A stretch of 57,148 nucleotides of DNA, the filler included, from Sphacelaria rigidula (taxonomy: Eukaryota): assembly GCA_964200075.2 (NCBI GenBank). It is 4 parts of 4 records of this genome, joined end to end, with 100 filler letters (N's around TTAATTAATTAA, not from the genome) between each part and the next. Parts side by side here need not be neighbours in the genome. Positions count along the whole stretch, not along the records: positions 28,627 to 42,838 come from CAXNAA020002382.1; positions 42,939 to 57,148 come from CAXNAA020002383.1; 2 more parts are not named here. One strand, written 5' to 3'. Both the position numbers and the translations under genes were made by a program. Positions 34,901 through 46,300 of the stretch are shown here, in pieces. Numbering within the stretch: the stretch's first letter is position 1; every line of letters begins with the position of its first letter. The notes beneath the pieces were generated by a model. That model did not search any database and was not told the DNA's origin. It worked only from the letters and a program-made list of their open reading frames with translations.

Positions 34901-37900
34901 GTTAGACATTTGACGCGGCTGGGCGGCCGATGTGGCAGGAAACTGACGCCGGTCTGTACTGCGACCCTGTCTGGATCATGACCATAGGTAGTGTACCGAT
35001 CGGCATACAGTCTGTAGAGCTGCGGAGTTCACGACGTACGGCCCTGCGCGCGATGTAGCCGTCGCGAGGCGCTGAAACTTTGCACATATATTGTGCGAAC
35101 CACGGTCGATAGTTCCACATCGCTGTATCTGGTACTGCGCGCTGCACGAGTGCGCACTACAGGAAAGAGTGGTCAATTTCTGTTCCGATATATATATATA
35201 TATATATATTTCTTTCGGCGCAGAATTGGAGCCATACATCGAAGATTTGTGGTCGATACCAAAATTTCAGTAACTCCAGATCCTTATCCTAATTGAAAAG
35301 TTCCATCCTCAATTTCGATAATCGGCCGTCAACAGCTGCGGCCTTTTGTTCAAGGTCATACTGGAGGTGACAAGGGCGGAAAGGTTCAGACGACGTCGGG
35401 CCCTTCGAAGCAGTCTCCATTTTTCGACCCCGGAAAACCGGCCCTGCTTGTTGCTCATTTTTTTCGTGAACGAGCTGTCGCCACATGATCCAAGGGAGGG
35501 CCCCACAAAGTTTCGTCACCAAGCTCGATCAACTGATGCTCGAATTTATATGTTCACGTCAAACAAGGTCATGGACAGCAATTTCCATTGATATCAAGTA
35601 CTTCGCGGTTTTCACGTGACATGGCGAAGTTCATCGCACGAACACGAATCCTTCTCGCCGTCTGAGAACTTTATTGCGAAGTTCTCGGGGGAAATTTTTG
35701 AGAAATACCGGAAAATTCGAAAACTTCTCGAGGAAAGTGAAGAGGGTCCCATCCACCCCTCGTCGCTCGTCGCAGTGCGGCCATTCGTTGATCGGCATCC
35801 TTTTCACTAGAAAAAAGTATGCATAAATCCAGATGGACTTCGTACCGTATCTCAAAGTCAAGACTCCCGGTATATTTCGCGGTGATTTCTAGACAAATGT
35901 ATGACGAACCTCGTGGAGTACCTCACACGACAATGACCCGTAACCCTTACACCCGAAGGAGGGTGGTTCATATACATCATACAAACGTTCAAGTGAAATT
36001 GATGCCCCACCACTCTCGCCACGTAGGGATTGACTCTACTCGAAATATACGCCCTCCCCATACCCCAACCGGTTGAAACGATCTACTGTAAACCTTTCAG
36101 CGCCCGCGGCCGACTGAAAAATCTGCCGCTCGCACCGACTCTTTCACGATGACGATAGCATCGGCGCAGCTGGCCTCAACGTAGCCATCTTCCATATCCA
36201 TATCCAACGCTTTGCTTTCGCGTGCAGTTTTGACATACTACAACAGGATTGTAGCGAAGCATGGTTGAGGGGGCGGGTTGTTTCATTTGTTGGCCGACCG
36301 AAACCTCCCCGACGAACAGCAAAGTTTGACGAAGGGCAAACTCCCCCTGCCACAGTTTCAAGCGCGTTGGTATGTTTGTGTGTGTGGTGTGTGGTGAGTG
36401 CGGTGTTTCAACGGGTCAACCCCGCCATCGGCTTTTCAACAGCTGGCAATTGCTGTGAAGGGGAGGGGAGAAAAATTACACACCACTGGCTAAGGAGAAC
36501 AAAACAGCACACATAACACGTGCTGCTGGCAGCACGTAGACCCTTCCTCAAAGACGCCAAGATTTCAGCCGCTCAGCAACAGTGTGTTTTCACCACCTTT
36601 CAAGTAGTACCTACGGTCGGCGTCATCACCGCTACTGCCGTGCTGTACGGTGCCATTTGAAATTGTGTTGCGTCGACGTGGCTCGCCCCGGCTCATGCAC
36701 GACCTGTCTGTAAGCCACCACACTGTTGTACTCCTACACCTACTACAGCTACTGTGCCAACACCTGCTGGTGCTGCCGTGTTATGTGCGGCATGCGAGCG
36801 GCAACAATACTTTGTTCTTGCTTATCTAGGCGTTGTCTGTTCACCAAAATAATAATTCCGCACCCTCGGCCGGAAACAGAAGGAAAAATAAGTCAGTTGG
36901 TCTGCAGACACTTGAGGCATCTCAAACTCTAGGTTTCCAGTGTATTAGCAGCAAATAGATATCCGGAGACCTCAAGTTTGACACCTCGACTAGCCCAACG
37001 CGTGTTGAGTGCCGCACTTACTCGTGAGAGCCATAACTTATGCTTTACACGATGGTCTCAGGTCTATCGTATCCTGCGATCCCCCCGTGATTCTGTTACT
37101 CAACAACAACTCATGTCCAGTACGCTCCTCTGACGTGGAGGGATGACTCTTCGACGGCGGGTTGAGTCATCTGAGGTACTCGATATAGTTTTCGAGTAAA
37201 AATGATGCCGATTCAAGATGAGCCACCCTGGTTGAGGTCGGCATTGTAGACTTACCGGCCGTATATGCACTTGTGACACGTGATGGTGCCGGTCAGGTAT
37301 TGCGTTCGCCCTGACTGTAGCAAATCGGATGGACAAGAGGTGGCTACTCGCGTTGCGGTGGCAGCTTTGCTGCTTTTCATTTCAAGTAGGTGGAGATATC
37401 TCGAACTCGAGGTTGCCGGTGGTGGTAATTTACTGCTGCTCCATGTACGGCAACTCGAGCTAGAGGTACCTCGGACCATGGTACGGGACAACACACGCAA
37501 GGAAAGACTGTACACGATCTGTAGTATCATCCCAGTGTTCCAACGCAGCTTCGAATATCTGTGAGACTCACCTCAAAGCACAAGGAGTACGAGGAGCCGC
37601 AGTACGTCAAGTCGATGTCGAACCGCGCGTCGGAGGACACATCGATCCATTCCACCGTGTACCGACTGCACGGGCGGTGGTGAAGAGCAAGAGGCGGGAA
37701 AAGCACACACGTGAACACGCGCGCAACGCATGAGCTAATTCCGAAAAAGACATCCGGTGTCACAGCACCGCAACTACTAGTACAGTGTAGAATACTCAAA
37801 TTGCTTTGTGAATCAGGTGCGACATATTCCCACTGCACGGCAGAGCCGCTGATGAAGAGGCCCAAGAACGATGCTGTCGATAGTAGAACAAAAATGCAGA

Positions 37901-38711
37901 ATGCAACAGATCGCTGCCACACACTGGCTGCCTATTCGTACCATTACAAGATCAGCACCCACCGTCTGAACGACACCCGGGCGCGAGCTTCTACATACTG
38001 CAGACATTACATATAAACTCTCACAGCAAACATTACAGTGCCGTACACTGGAAAGGAACGGGGGGTGTTGACATGCAGGTAAAGCCGAGCAACATCAAAG
38101 TTGTGACGAGCGGCAAGAGGGGGGCGCCAGCTTCGAATCCTGTTCCAACTTGCTATAATTCCGTAGAAATCTCCCCCATCACGATCCAGCTCTTTTTAAT
38201 AGATTGTCCGTTTGATGAGTTTCATACCCCGGAACCCCCCCGGCAGCAGCTGGCGGCTGCATGGTGTTCCACCACTGTACCTAAACTCCCACACCAAGGG
38301 CATATAGGAAGGCCATGACGCAAAGTACAGGGGTCAAGTAATGTCGTGCGGCGTTCACGATGTAAATTCACTGCCATGAGCCACGTATAATGGCGCGGCA
38401 TTGTGGTTTACGACTGACTCTTCCCCATCGTATGGGGAAAATTTGAGACATGAAAAGATATGATGCCACAAAAGTTCTCGTCGTCGCTTCACTTCACAGA
38501 CCGCGTACAAAAACACCGCCCCTTCACACGCGCGGTCTTCATCTCTCATTACAGCCGAATTGACGTCGCTGCAGCCAACAAAGCTATGAGAGAGCCATCC
38601 TCACCTGTTGCCCCCGACGATCGTGCCCAGAGAAGGCTGGGTTACCCTCAGCGCGTGAGCTCCGGCGGCCAACACGCCCAAAACACCCACCACTATCGCA
38701 GGACGAGCCAT
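31977..38711 (-). CDS. Complete 5-exon gene for a 267-aa secreted, acidic, Cys-rich protein with two tandem ~120-aa repeats (probably Ig-like); function unknown
   Basis: Seen: exons 38711-38605, 37665-37572, 33489-33196, 32567-32402, 32119-31977 (804 nt). All introns are GT-AG with consistent phases (2,0,0,1). N-terminal signal peptide MARPAIVVGVLGVLAAGAHA. Repeat motif YT.E...RF.IDL...DCG......C....GC....G.Y.V..P....G.Y.VR...CSD.F occurs twice. Ends ...GEDLWG-TGA. Confidence 0.9.
34100..35830 (-). pseudogene. Probable decayed tyrosine-recombinase (Crypton/DIRS-like) element nested in intron 2
   Basis: Seen across frames, in order: FAMSRENREVLDI (~35640-35590), LCGALPWIMW...GPVFR (~35510-35430), WCAKSG...LKAHGRHSSLSVGTKY (H at 34813-34811, Y at 34786-34784, 9 codons apart as in YR box II). 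Assignment is inference; many stops and frameshifts. Confidence 0.35.
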
Positions 38712-41217
38712 TGGAGACGAGAAAGATATGCGGTACTATCTGTACGGTAGGTACAACTGGTGCGTACCTCAGTTACTCAAGTAGATACGAGTCAAACAGT
38801 TCGCGCGGATGACAGCAGCACTACCAGGTTGTGCTCTTTGTCGTCGGCAATCACTTGTTAGTGTGCGGTGATGGCAGTAATCGGGTGATCCCAGAAATAT
38901 GAGAGATCGTGCAGTGTGATGATGGGGCTAAGGGGCTGCATGGAGCGGACAGATGCGATATAAAACGGAACAAAACGCCTTCTGGGAATCTACTCGAGCT
39001 AGCGCTACGTTGCAACTATTTAGGAACATTTTGAGATCTAGATTTTGCGGCGGAACACCCGGAGAGCAGGAAACTCGGTTCCCAGAAAACGGCCGAAGTG
39101 TGTACAACGACAGTACACTGAAACTATACAAACTCTTTTTGATTACTTTCAATAGTCAGAACTTGCTACCGCCCCCCTCCCCCCCCACCCCCCCGCTGCC
39201 GCCGCCCCATGCCCCGGCCCTACACCCGTTTTCAAACCGGCAAATTTGGACGGACCGGTCTCACGAAGGACTGCCCCCCTGCCGATGTACACACAAGCGC
39301 AACATGCGAAATGGGAAGTAGCAATTTTAACGGCATGCATCGAGAAAAAAACATCCTCCATCCCCGATCTTTTCGAGAAGGTGAGCTGCTCCGTCGATGA
39401 AACCATTGCAGTACTAAACCTGGAACAGTAAAGAAGCAGGAGAAGGGAAAGTAGCTCTTGCTTTTCAAGCCAGTACTAACTGTACAGCAACAACCCCATA
39501 CATTGCGACGCGTTGTGCTAGGTGAGGATACGCATATAGTTTGCTGGAAGTGAAGATTTTTGTGAGGTCCAAGTACAGCATGCGGTACAGGACAACATCA
39601 CAATCGAATGCAGTAGTAATTACAGGACATCAAACAGTAGTAGAACATTCCAGCACAGCCAGTCCCGTGCAGTTCAGTGTGAGATCTGAGATCTGGCTTG
39701 AATCCACATGATCGAGCAACATTAGTCACGAGGACACGTCACTGGGGATGACGCTGTCTGGTTTTAACAGGGCGGATGCCCACATGTTCATGGTTGACGT
39801 TGCAGCGGTGCGGGGGAGGGGGGGGGGAGTTGAGTTGTATCATCAAAGGGGAGCACTGTCCGTGGTCGTAGGAACATGCGCTATTCAACAGCGGCAGTGT
39901 GTCCCGATCATGTTTCTTTCAGCTCCGTACGGTACCATCTGCAGGGCTGCAGGGTGGAGTCAGCGCTCTGTCTGTACTGACCGGCTGACGGTAGACGATA
40001 CAGCTTTTTTCTCCTACAGTGGGCGCGGTCTAAAACTATTGATTTTGTGGCATTTTGTGATTTTTTCGTAATTAGCGATTTTCGTGGGCACTTTTCGCTT
40101 GCCACCGCCTGTCACATCGGGGATCTGAATATATTTGTATCCGCTTCACATTCCAAGAAGAAAAAATCACTGTTGTACTCAATATTGAGTGAGTTATGGA
40201 CCGGTCGTCGGGGGTCCCGCCACGTTTCAGCCCAGATCCTTGCTCCTCGGTATTTTCGGTCGATCGAGCCTGTCCCGATTTTATTTGTGAAAAAATGTAC
40301 AGTTTTTCCTTGGAAATTCTACCTACTCAGGCCGCTTCTTACAGACTTGAAGTCTCGGAGAAAAGACATTTTGGACGACTTTTCTCAGAGACTTCCTCTA
40401 GAGAAATCAGTTTCAGAAACGACGGAAAGATTTCAAACTCAACCGCCGGCCCGTCTTCCTTGTTGCTCCAAGCTTAGTTCTCAACCTCCGTGGTGCAACA
40501 ATTTTGCTACAGGGCCGAACCACAACCCCTTCACATTAGCCTAGTTTCTTCACATTCGTACCCGTTCCACAAACCGCAGATCCCGCTACGCTCCGATCCT
40601 TCACTTTTCTGACAACGTGTTTTTCGACACATAGGAAGTAGCCTTACTACCTTTCACGCGCGGCTATTCGGCTCCTGTTTGGAAATCCTCTATTATGGTG
40701 ATTTTCATCCTCTCGAGGAAAAATGGTCATCCGGAGGATGAAAAAATGGTCTCTGATGATTCATGATGCCTCTGGAGTGGACAGTGAACGAAGCCGCCAA
40801 TGGGGACATGATTCCCTAGAGCACATCATTTTACTGAGGGTGCCTCTGGGGAAATTTGAGGAAACAGTACTCTCCAGTGTGTAAATTTACCTCTGGAGTT
40901 CGCACTATACATCAAACCTCTGGACGACACTTGTGTTCTAACTGCCTCCAGGGCACCTTTGGGACCCCAGCAATCTTGCGGTACTTGATCACCCGCCGCG
41001 TTCACAGATCGAACCATGCAAACCCCACAACACTTATTCCCAGCCACCACCACAACCCTGCAGGAAAGAGCACGAGTTGGGCACGCAGGCGGGGCGGCGG
41101 AACTCCGCGGGGTACATAGGGTGCGAGGAATGACCGCCTTACTGCCTACACACTCGAGTGATCGATAGTCGGCATATCGTTTACAGTTACTACAACATAA
41201 GATTCAGACGCGTGTTA

Positions 41218-42167
41218 CGGGCTGGTTCAGGGTGAACGACCCGTTTTTACCCCTCAGCGATTGTTCACGCTGTTTTTTCGAGCAGGTACCGCTTCTTGTG
41301 ATCCTGGATCTGGGACATCTGGCAACTCAAAGAAAAAAATCGAAAGCCCGCGTTCATGCAGCCTTCCTAAATATTTGTCTTATGGCACTCGTGTGCAAAA
41401 CTTCAGGGGCTATTTCGACAAAACGGCGGGAAGGATTTCCCGCATGTGCGTTGAGGTACACGGACGTTGGCGGAATCCCCTCAATAACTTGATTTTAGAA
41501 TGCTAATGACGTTTCCTTGCGCGCTTGAGCTTCATAATCGACCATTTGGCACCAGCTTTTCGAGTATACGCGACAAACCGTTGTACAAAAATGTTCCCTA
41601 GACAACCACCTTGGGATACGAGCCCGATTAAAATTTGAATTTTGAAGCAATCTCTACTGGCTTCTGGGCGTCTTCACGCTGAGAACCCCGCGAATCTGTA
41701 AAGAACGGATGCACTTTCATCTTTTCAACCATTTTTTTCCATTCGCAGTACCCATGTCTATCCCACACTGCCAAGTTTGAGGATGGTCGGAATATAACTC
41801 GATTCCACACAACAGCTAATCGTTTTCAAATATGTTTTTCGCGGTTGCTAAGGTTTGATTCATGTTGAGATTGAGGGGCACAAATTGTGTCGGGATTTCG
41901 CATTTTGAATTTCGGAATTCGAAGGCGCCCTTTTGGCCAAGAACTATTTTCAGAATCAGCGCCGCGGCAAAGGACGGGAAAAATAATCGGGCCATGCCAC
42001 ACTGTTCGTTTCCCCGTAGAGGTCACTATAATACCATATATATATATATATATATATTACATCTAAATATATATGTTTCTACCGGTTCAGTTTCGCGTTC
42101 TGTACAATAATAGTGTCCATTATTGTATTGGGGAATAAACTGTGGGGATTCACCCTGAACCAGCCCG
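41218..42167. mobile_element. Non-autonomous Tc1/mariner-type element related by TIR to 20163-21622
   Basis: Seen: TA|CGGGCTGGTTCAGGGTGAA ... TTCACCCTGAACCAGCCCG|TG, a perfect 19-bp TIR. Confidence 0.8.
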
Positions 42168-42202
42168 TGTTGTGGTATTCATCCATTTCTTCTGTTGTAC
42201 TA

Positions 42203-42373
42203 CCCTGGTGGCTCAGATGGTAACGTCGGAACGTTCTGACGGTTGGGATGTGGGTTCGAGCCTCGGTGAAGTCACGCTATCTGGGATTTTTCTCACATCA
42301 TGCACAACGAACGGTGAAGAGCAACGATGTCCTGGTTACGTACGCAAAATTCGACTTCTTCACGGTCGACGAG
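42203..42373 (+). mobile_element. tRNA-derived SINE, 3'-truncated
   Basis: Seen: A box TGGCTCAGATGG, B box GGTTCGAGCC. The body is homologous to the opposite-strand copy at 42374-42838. Confidence 0.8.
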
Positions 42374-42838
42374 TAGTGTTGTGTGTTGTGTGTTGTCGTC
42401 CCATTTATTCTAGGCGCCAGTCTACACCTTTCGGTATAATATGTGGGCACATCAGCCGGGGTCACACAGGAGGAAGGTCAACACAGGAGCTTTTTCTTTT
42501 TTATTTATTTTTAATACCCCACCTTCCTTCTGCGGTGCTCGCCTTTTATTTTTTATCTCGAGAGGGGTTCAGCAGTCCCTTTCCCTCGTCGACCGTTAAC
42601 TCTTAGACCGCGAGGTTAGTCTTCTGTCGAATCGGCACCAATTTTAAGTGAAACAAAGTATGCATGATCCAGCAAGACTAATCTCGCGGTCTAACGGTTA
42701 AGTCAAATTTTCTGTACCCACGACATAGTCGCTCTCCCCTGTTGGGCATGGTGTGAGAAAAGATCCTAGATCCCTCCGGTAATCGAACCCCCCTACTCAA
42801 CCATCAGAAGGATACGAGGTTACCAACTGAGCCACCGG
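42374..42838 (-). mobile_element. tRNA-derived SINE, near full length, with (ACAAC/ACAC)n tail, interrupted by a piggyBac MITE
   Basis: Seen on the minus strand: CCGGTGGCTCAGTTGG (A box) ... GGTTCGATT (B box) ... AATAAATGGGACGACAACACACAACACACAACAC tail. Confidence 0.85.
42600..42697. mobile_element. 98-bp piggyBac-type MITE with TTAA TSD
   Basis: Seen: TTAA|CTCTTAGACCGCGAGGTTAGTCTT ... AAGACTAATCTCGCGGTCTAACGG|TTAA (24-bp TIR, 3 mismatches). The neighbouring SINE copy lacks this insert. Confidence 0.88.
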
Positions 42839-42938
42839 NNNNNNNNNNNNNNNNNNNNNNNNNNNNNNNNNNNNNNNNNNNNTTAATTAATTAANNNNNN
42901 NNNNNNNNNNNNNNNNNNNNNNNNNNNNNNNNNNNNNN
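42839..42938. other. Artificial contig-joining spacer
   Basis: Seen: 44 N + TTAATTAATTAA + 44 N. Confidence 0.97.
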
Positions 42939-43199
42939 TTCCTCTTGTTTTCCTTTTTCTTGCTTTAGGTCGGCCATTTCTTTCTGTGCTTTGCTTGTGT
43001 TGACTTTTTCTTACTTTTTTTGTCACGACTCAGTCTGATATGTCGTTCTGTTAGACCACTCTCTTTTTTCTTTTTCTGTTCCCTTTTTTGTTTTCTTCCC
43101 TTAGAGCGTGTTTGAGTTTCGTTTTCCTTGGGTACGTCTATCACGAGACCACGGCTGGACCCCGTCAGTTAAAGTGCAACAATCAATCAATCAATCAAT
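42939..43199 (+). mobile_element. 3' end of a non-LTR retroelement (LINE/SINE) with (CAAT)n tail
   Basis: Seen: T-rich body ending GTCAGTTAAAGTGCAACAATCAATCAATCAATCAAT. Homologous inverted copy at ~47804-48125. Confidence 0.75.
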
Positions 43200-43305
43200 A
43201 CCGGGCCCTCTTTTCAATACGAGTTTTTTTTCAATACCCTTTTCTAAAGAAATCTACGACTAGGAGTCCTACCGCGTACCTATAGCCTGCAGTATTACTT
43301 CTCAC

Positions 43306-46300
43306 CTTCCTAACCGCGTCCTCGAACTGCACTTCCGCCAACCTCCAGTGCCGAGCAATCGCCACCATCAGCCGCTCCACAGGCACCAGCCCGCCACTAC
43401 TCTCATTTTCCGCCGCCACCACTCCTTCTTGTGCTGTCGCTACCGCACCGTCATGCGACAATGATAGAACCTCGGCCGCCTGAGACGTTCAACGATACAT
43501 GTAGAGACGGGAGGCATCACAACTCGAATCGCAGAGAAACTTCACCATGTTGGGTTTTCGTTCCCCGCCCATGTCAACCGCCTAGTTGTAGCACCGCATC
43601 ATCTCAGAGCTCGGATTTTCAGTCCATGCAGGGGGTGCTACAGTAGATCATCACCCGCGGGTGAGCAGTTCGATGGAAGAGCTCTTGTGACGCTCCCTTT
43701 CATTATCAAGCAACTCGCCTCTTCAGGCTGACGCCCCGCAGTGTGTCCCAGTGGCGATCCCACCGACTCATCAACAATCCCCATCGAACTTGCTGCGTCA
43801 TTCACATGCTCAGTTGTCGTCGCGATCGCAGCTTCCGCCCCTGGCGCGACGAGGGTGTCGTCCATCGGAGATGTGTTCGGTCGTCCGACATTGGAGTCGC
43901 TGCTGTGCCCGGTGCTATCGTCCCGGAAGGTTTCATCTCGTGCTGGTGTCTGGCGACAGGGGATCGGTCCCACGACGGTGAATACCGAGGTACCGAGGTG
44001 ATCGGGAACGGGTGTTGACGGGGGCGTGTTACACATGCACGCAAAAGACAGCCACACGGCGAATCGGGCACAGGGCACACAAGAGAGCAGGAAACACGTC
44101 TAGGTCGGTGTCACAACTGCGATCATATATTAAAGTCACTGAGCGGGATGTACGGTTGGATGATCGATCCCATGGCGCCGAGTCAAGGCGTCAAACAGCG
44201 ATAGTCCCAGCACGTAACACCTTCCACACACTTTGACTGAACATTGGTGTGCTACTAAACTCGGCCTGTATGGGAAGTAGTGTATGGAGACCAATGCGTT
44301 TGCTAACGTTGTCATGCCGCGGGTACATGACTGCTACTCGCTTGCAGACGTTAAAGTGGCGGTGGTATACTCCGCCTTCTCTGAAGACCATTACATTATA
44401 TTGCTACGTATAGTTGGTCAACCTACTGATTTTATATATCGACTGCTCCGCTACGGGTGTAGACGTGGTCGGGAGATACAGGGAGATACATAGACCTACA
44501 CCCGAGAAGAATAGAAGAGCAACAAGAACCGGAACAAGAACGACAAGAAACGAAAACAATTGTCGAACGAGAACTCCAGAAAGAGGCGCAAAGTGAAAAA
44601 GAAAGAAAGAGCAAGCAAATAGAGGGAGCTAACGGAAACGCCAGGCCAAGAAGTAGTACTTATCTGGTCTCGAGAAATAAGAAGGACGACCCCTGCCAGG
44701 GCATGAGGAAAGGGGGGGCATACCAAACGCAAGGGACATTCGGGTAGGTTGCAACACAGTCATATCTGGAGACAACACACACTAGTACGCAACAAATGTC
44801 AGCGACCAACTCTCCCGGGAAGAGACGTAGACGCGGTTTTTTTTTTTCTCCCGAAAAATAGGCATACCTCCTGGATCATGGCCACAACCACAGAGTTTAG
44901 TTTCCCGAACAAGGCGTCCGGGGTGCAATCTCCACCATCCACCATTCGAAGCGTTCCGAATTTACCAAGAAAATTCTTCAGCGCTTCCGACGCCTCTTCC
45001 TGTCCCGACAGGAGCATACCGCCGACATGGCCACAACGTAGTTTCGGTCAGTGTCTGTATGAAAGTATAAGCTTCAGCGAGCCGACCTACCGTAGAAAGA
45101 ATGGAACAGAGTCACACGCTCCCGTGAACAAAAGCCTGATATGATAGACACCTGACTTGTTAGGGGCCCTGTACCCATATTGTTCGTCTCTCAGGTTTCA
45201 GCCACTCGACAACTATACATCATCACGAAGAACCAAAACACCGTGTGTTAATTCGGATTTATGTGTACCATTACAGTTGGACCTATATATATATATATAT
45301 ATATATATATTGCTCGAGTGTTTCAATACAGTACCCTTGTACCGCAAGATTGGCGCAGTCAACAGTACCGACACGTCGCAAACATTGGTGCTGCTGTGCT
45401 TTCAGGCGTCAGGTGGGGGCGCAGGGGCGCAGCGCCAGCCAATACAGGAGCTCTGCATTCTCCGACATGGATATCCACGTGGGATATAGACGTTCGTCTG
45501 GGATATCCTTCTGTGAACATCTTTGCGGGATATCCATCTGATATATGTCCATCCGTCCGGGATATGGGCATTCATCTGTAACATCCATATCTCAGATGGA
45601 TACACATCTGGGCTTTGGATGTAATTTTGGATGTGCGTATGGGATGCCCACGTACATCCAAGACGTATATCTGAGATGAGATGTGCGTCTGAAATCTGGA
45701 GGTCCCAGAGGAATGTCCAAATCACAGCTGGGCGTCCATATCTAAGATAGACATCCCAGAGGAATACCGATGTCCATATCCCAGGTAGACATCTCAGGGG
45801 GGTGTTCACATGCCAGATGGATACCCCAGATAGACATCCACCTTCCAGATGGAGGTTGCGCGATAATGCAATATCGTGGCCAAAACGCGCTTCCCCGGGC
45901 TATTCCGGAGATCTCCCCGGAGGCACAACCGGAGGCAGGAAAAAAAAACTCAATCCGAATTCATCTCCATTCAAGATCAGGTTCGTTGTTGACTGCTCAA
46001 GGGAAGCATTTTACGCGCGCAAACGCGAGTTTTGCCTAGAAAGGAGCGCCCACGAGAGGGATCAAGAACGTTCTGTTTAGTGCCGTTTGCTGAGGTATGT
46101 CGCTAACGTTTACAGCCATTTGAGGAAGATGCGCCGCTCAGACACGAAAGGCCGCGGTCAACATGTTCTATCCTGCGGTAGTAACGTTCGTCTTCCTTCA
46201 AGTTACAGCGAACGCATGACAAACAGCGTGTTACAAAGTTAATCGAACGTTGACCATAAGAAGTGTACATCGGGTGGAAATTGATGGGAACAGAGGCGGC

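Noticed and set aside
37666..37922. Signal-peptide-like start of the listed 131-aa ORF as the gene's first exon
   Set aside because: It lacks an ATG (GTG start) and lies in intron 1. A better ATG exon with signal peptide and matching phase is at 38711-38605.
42203..42280. Functional tRNA gene
   Set aside because: A and B boxes are present, but there is no cloverleaf and the sequence continues into a SINE body shared with another copy.
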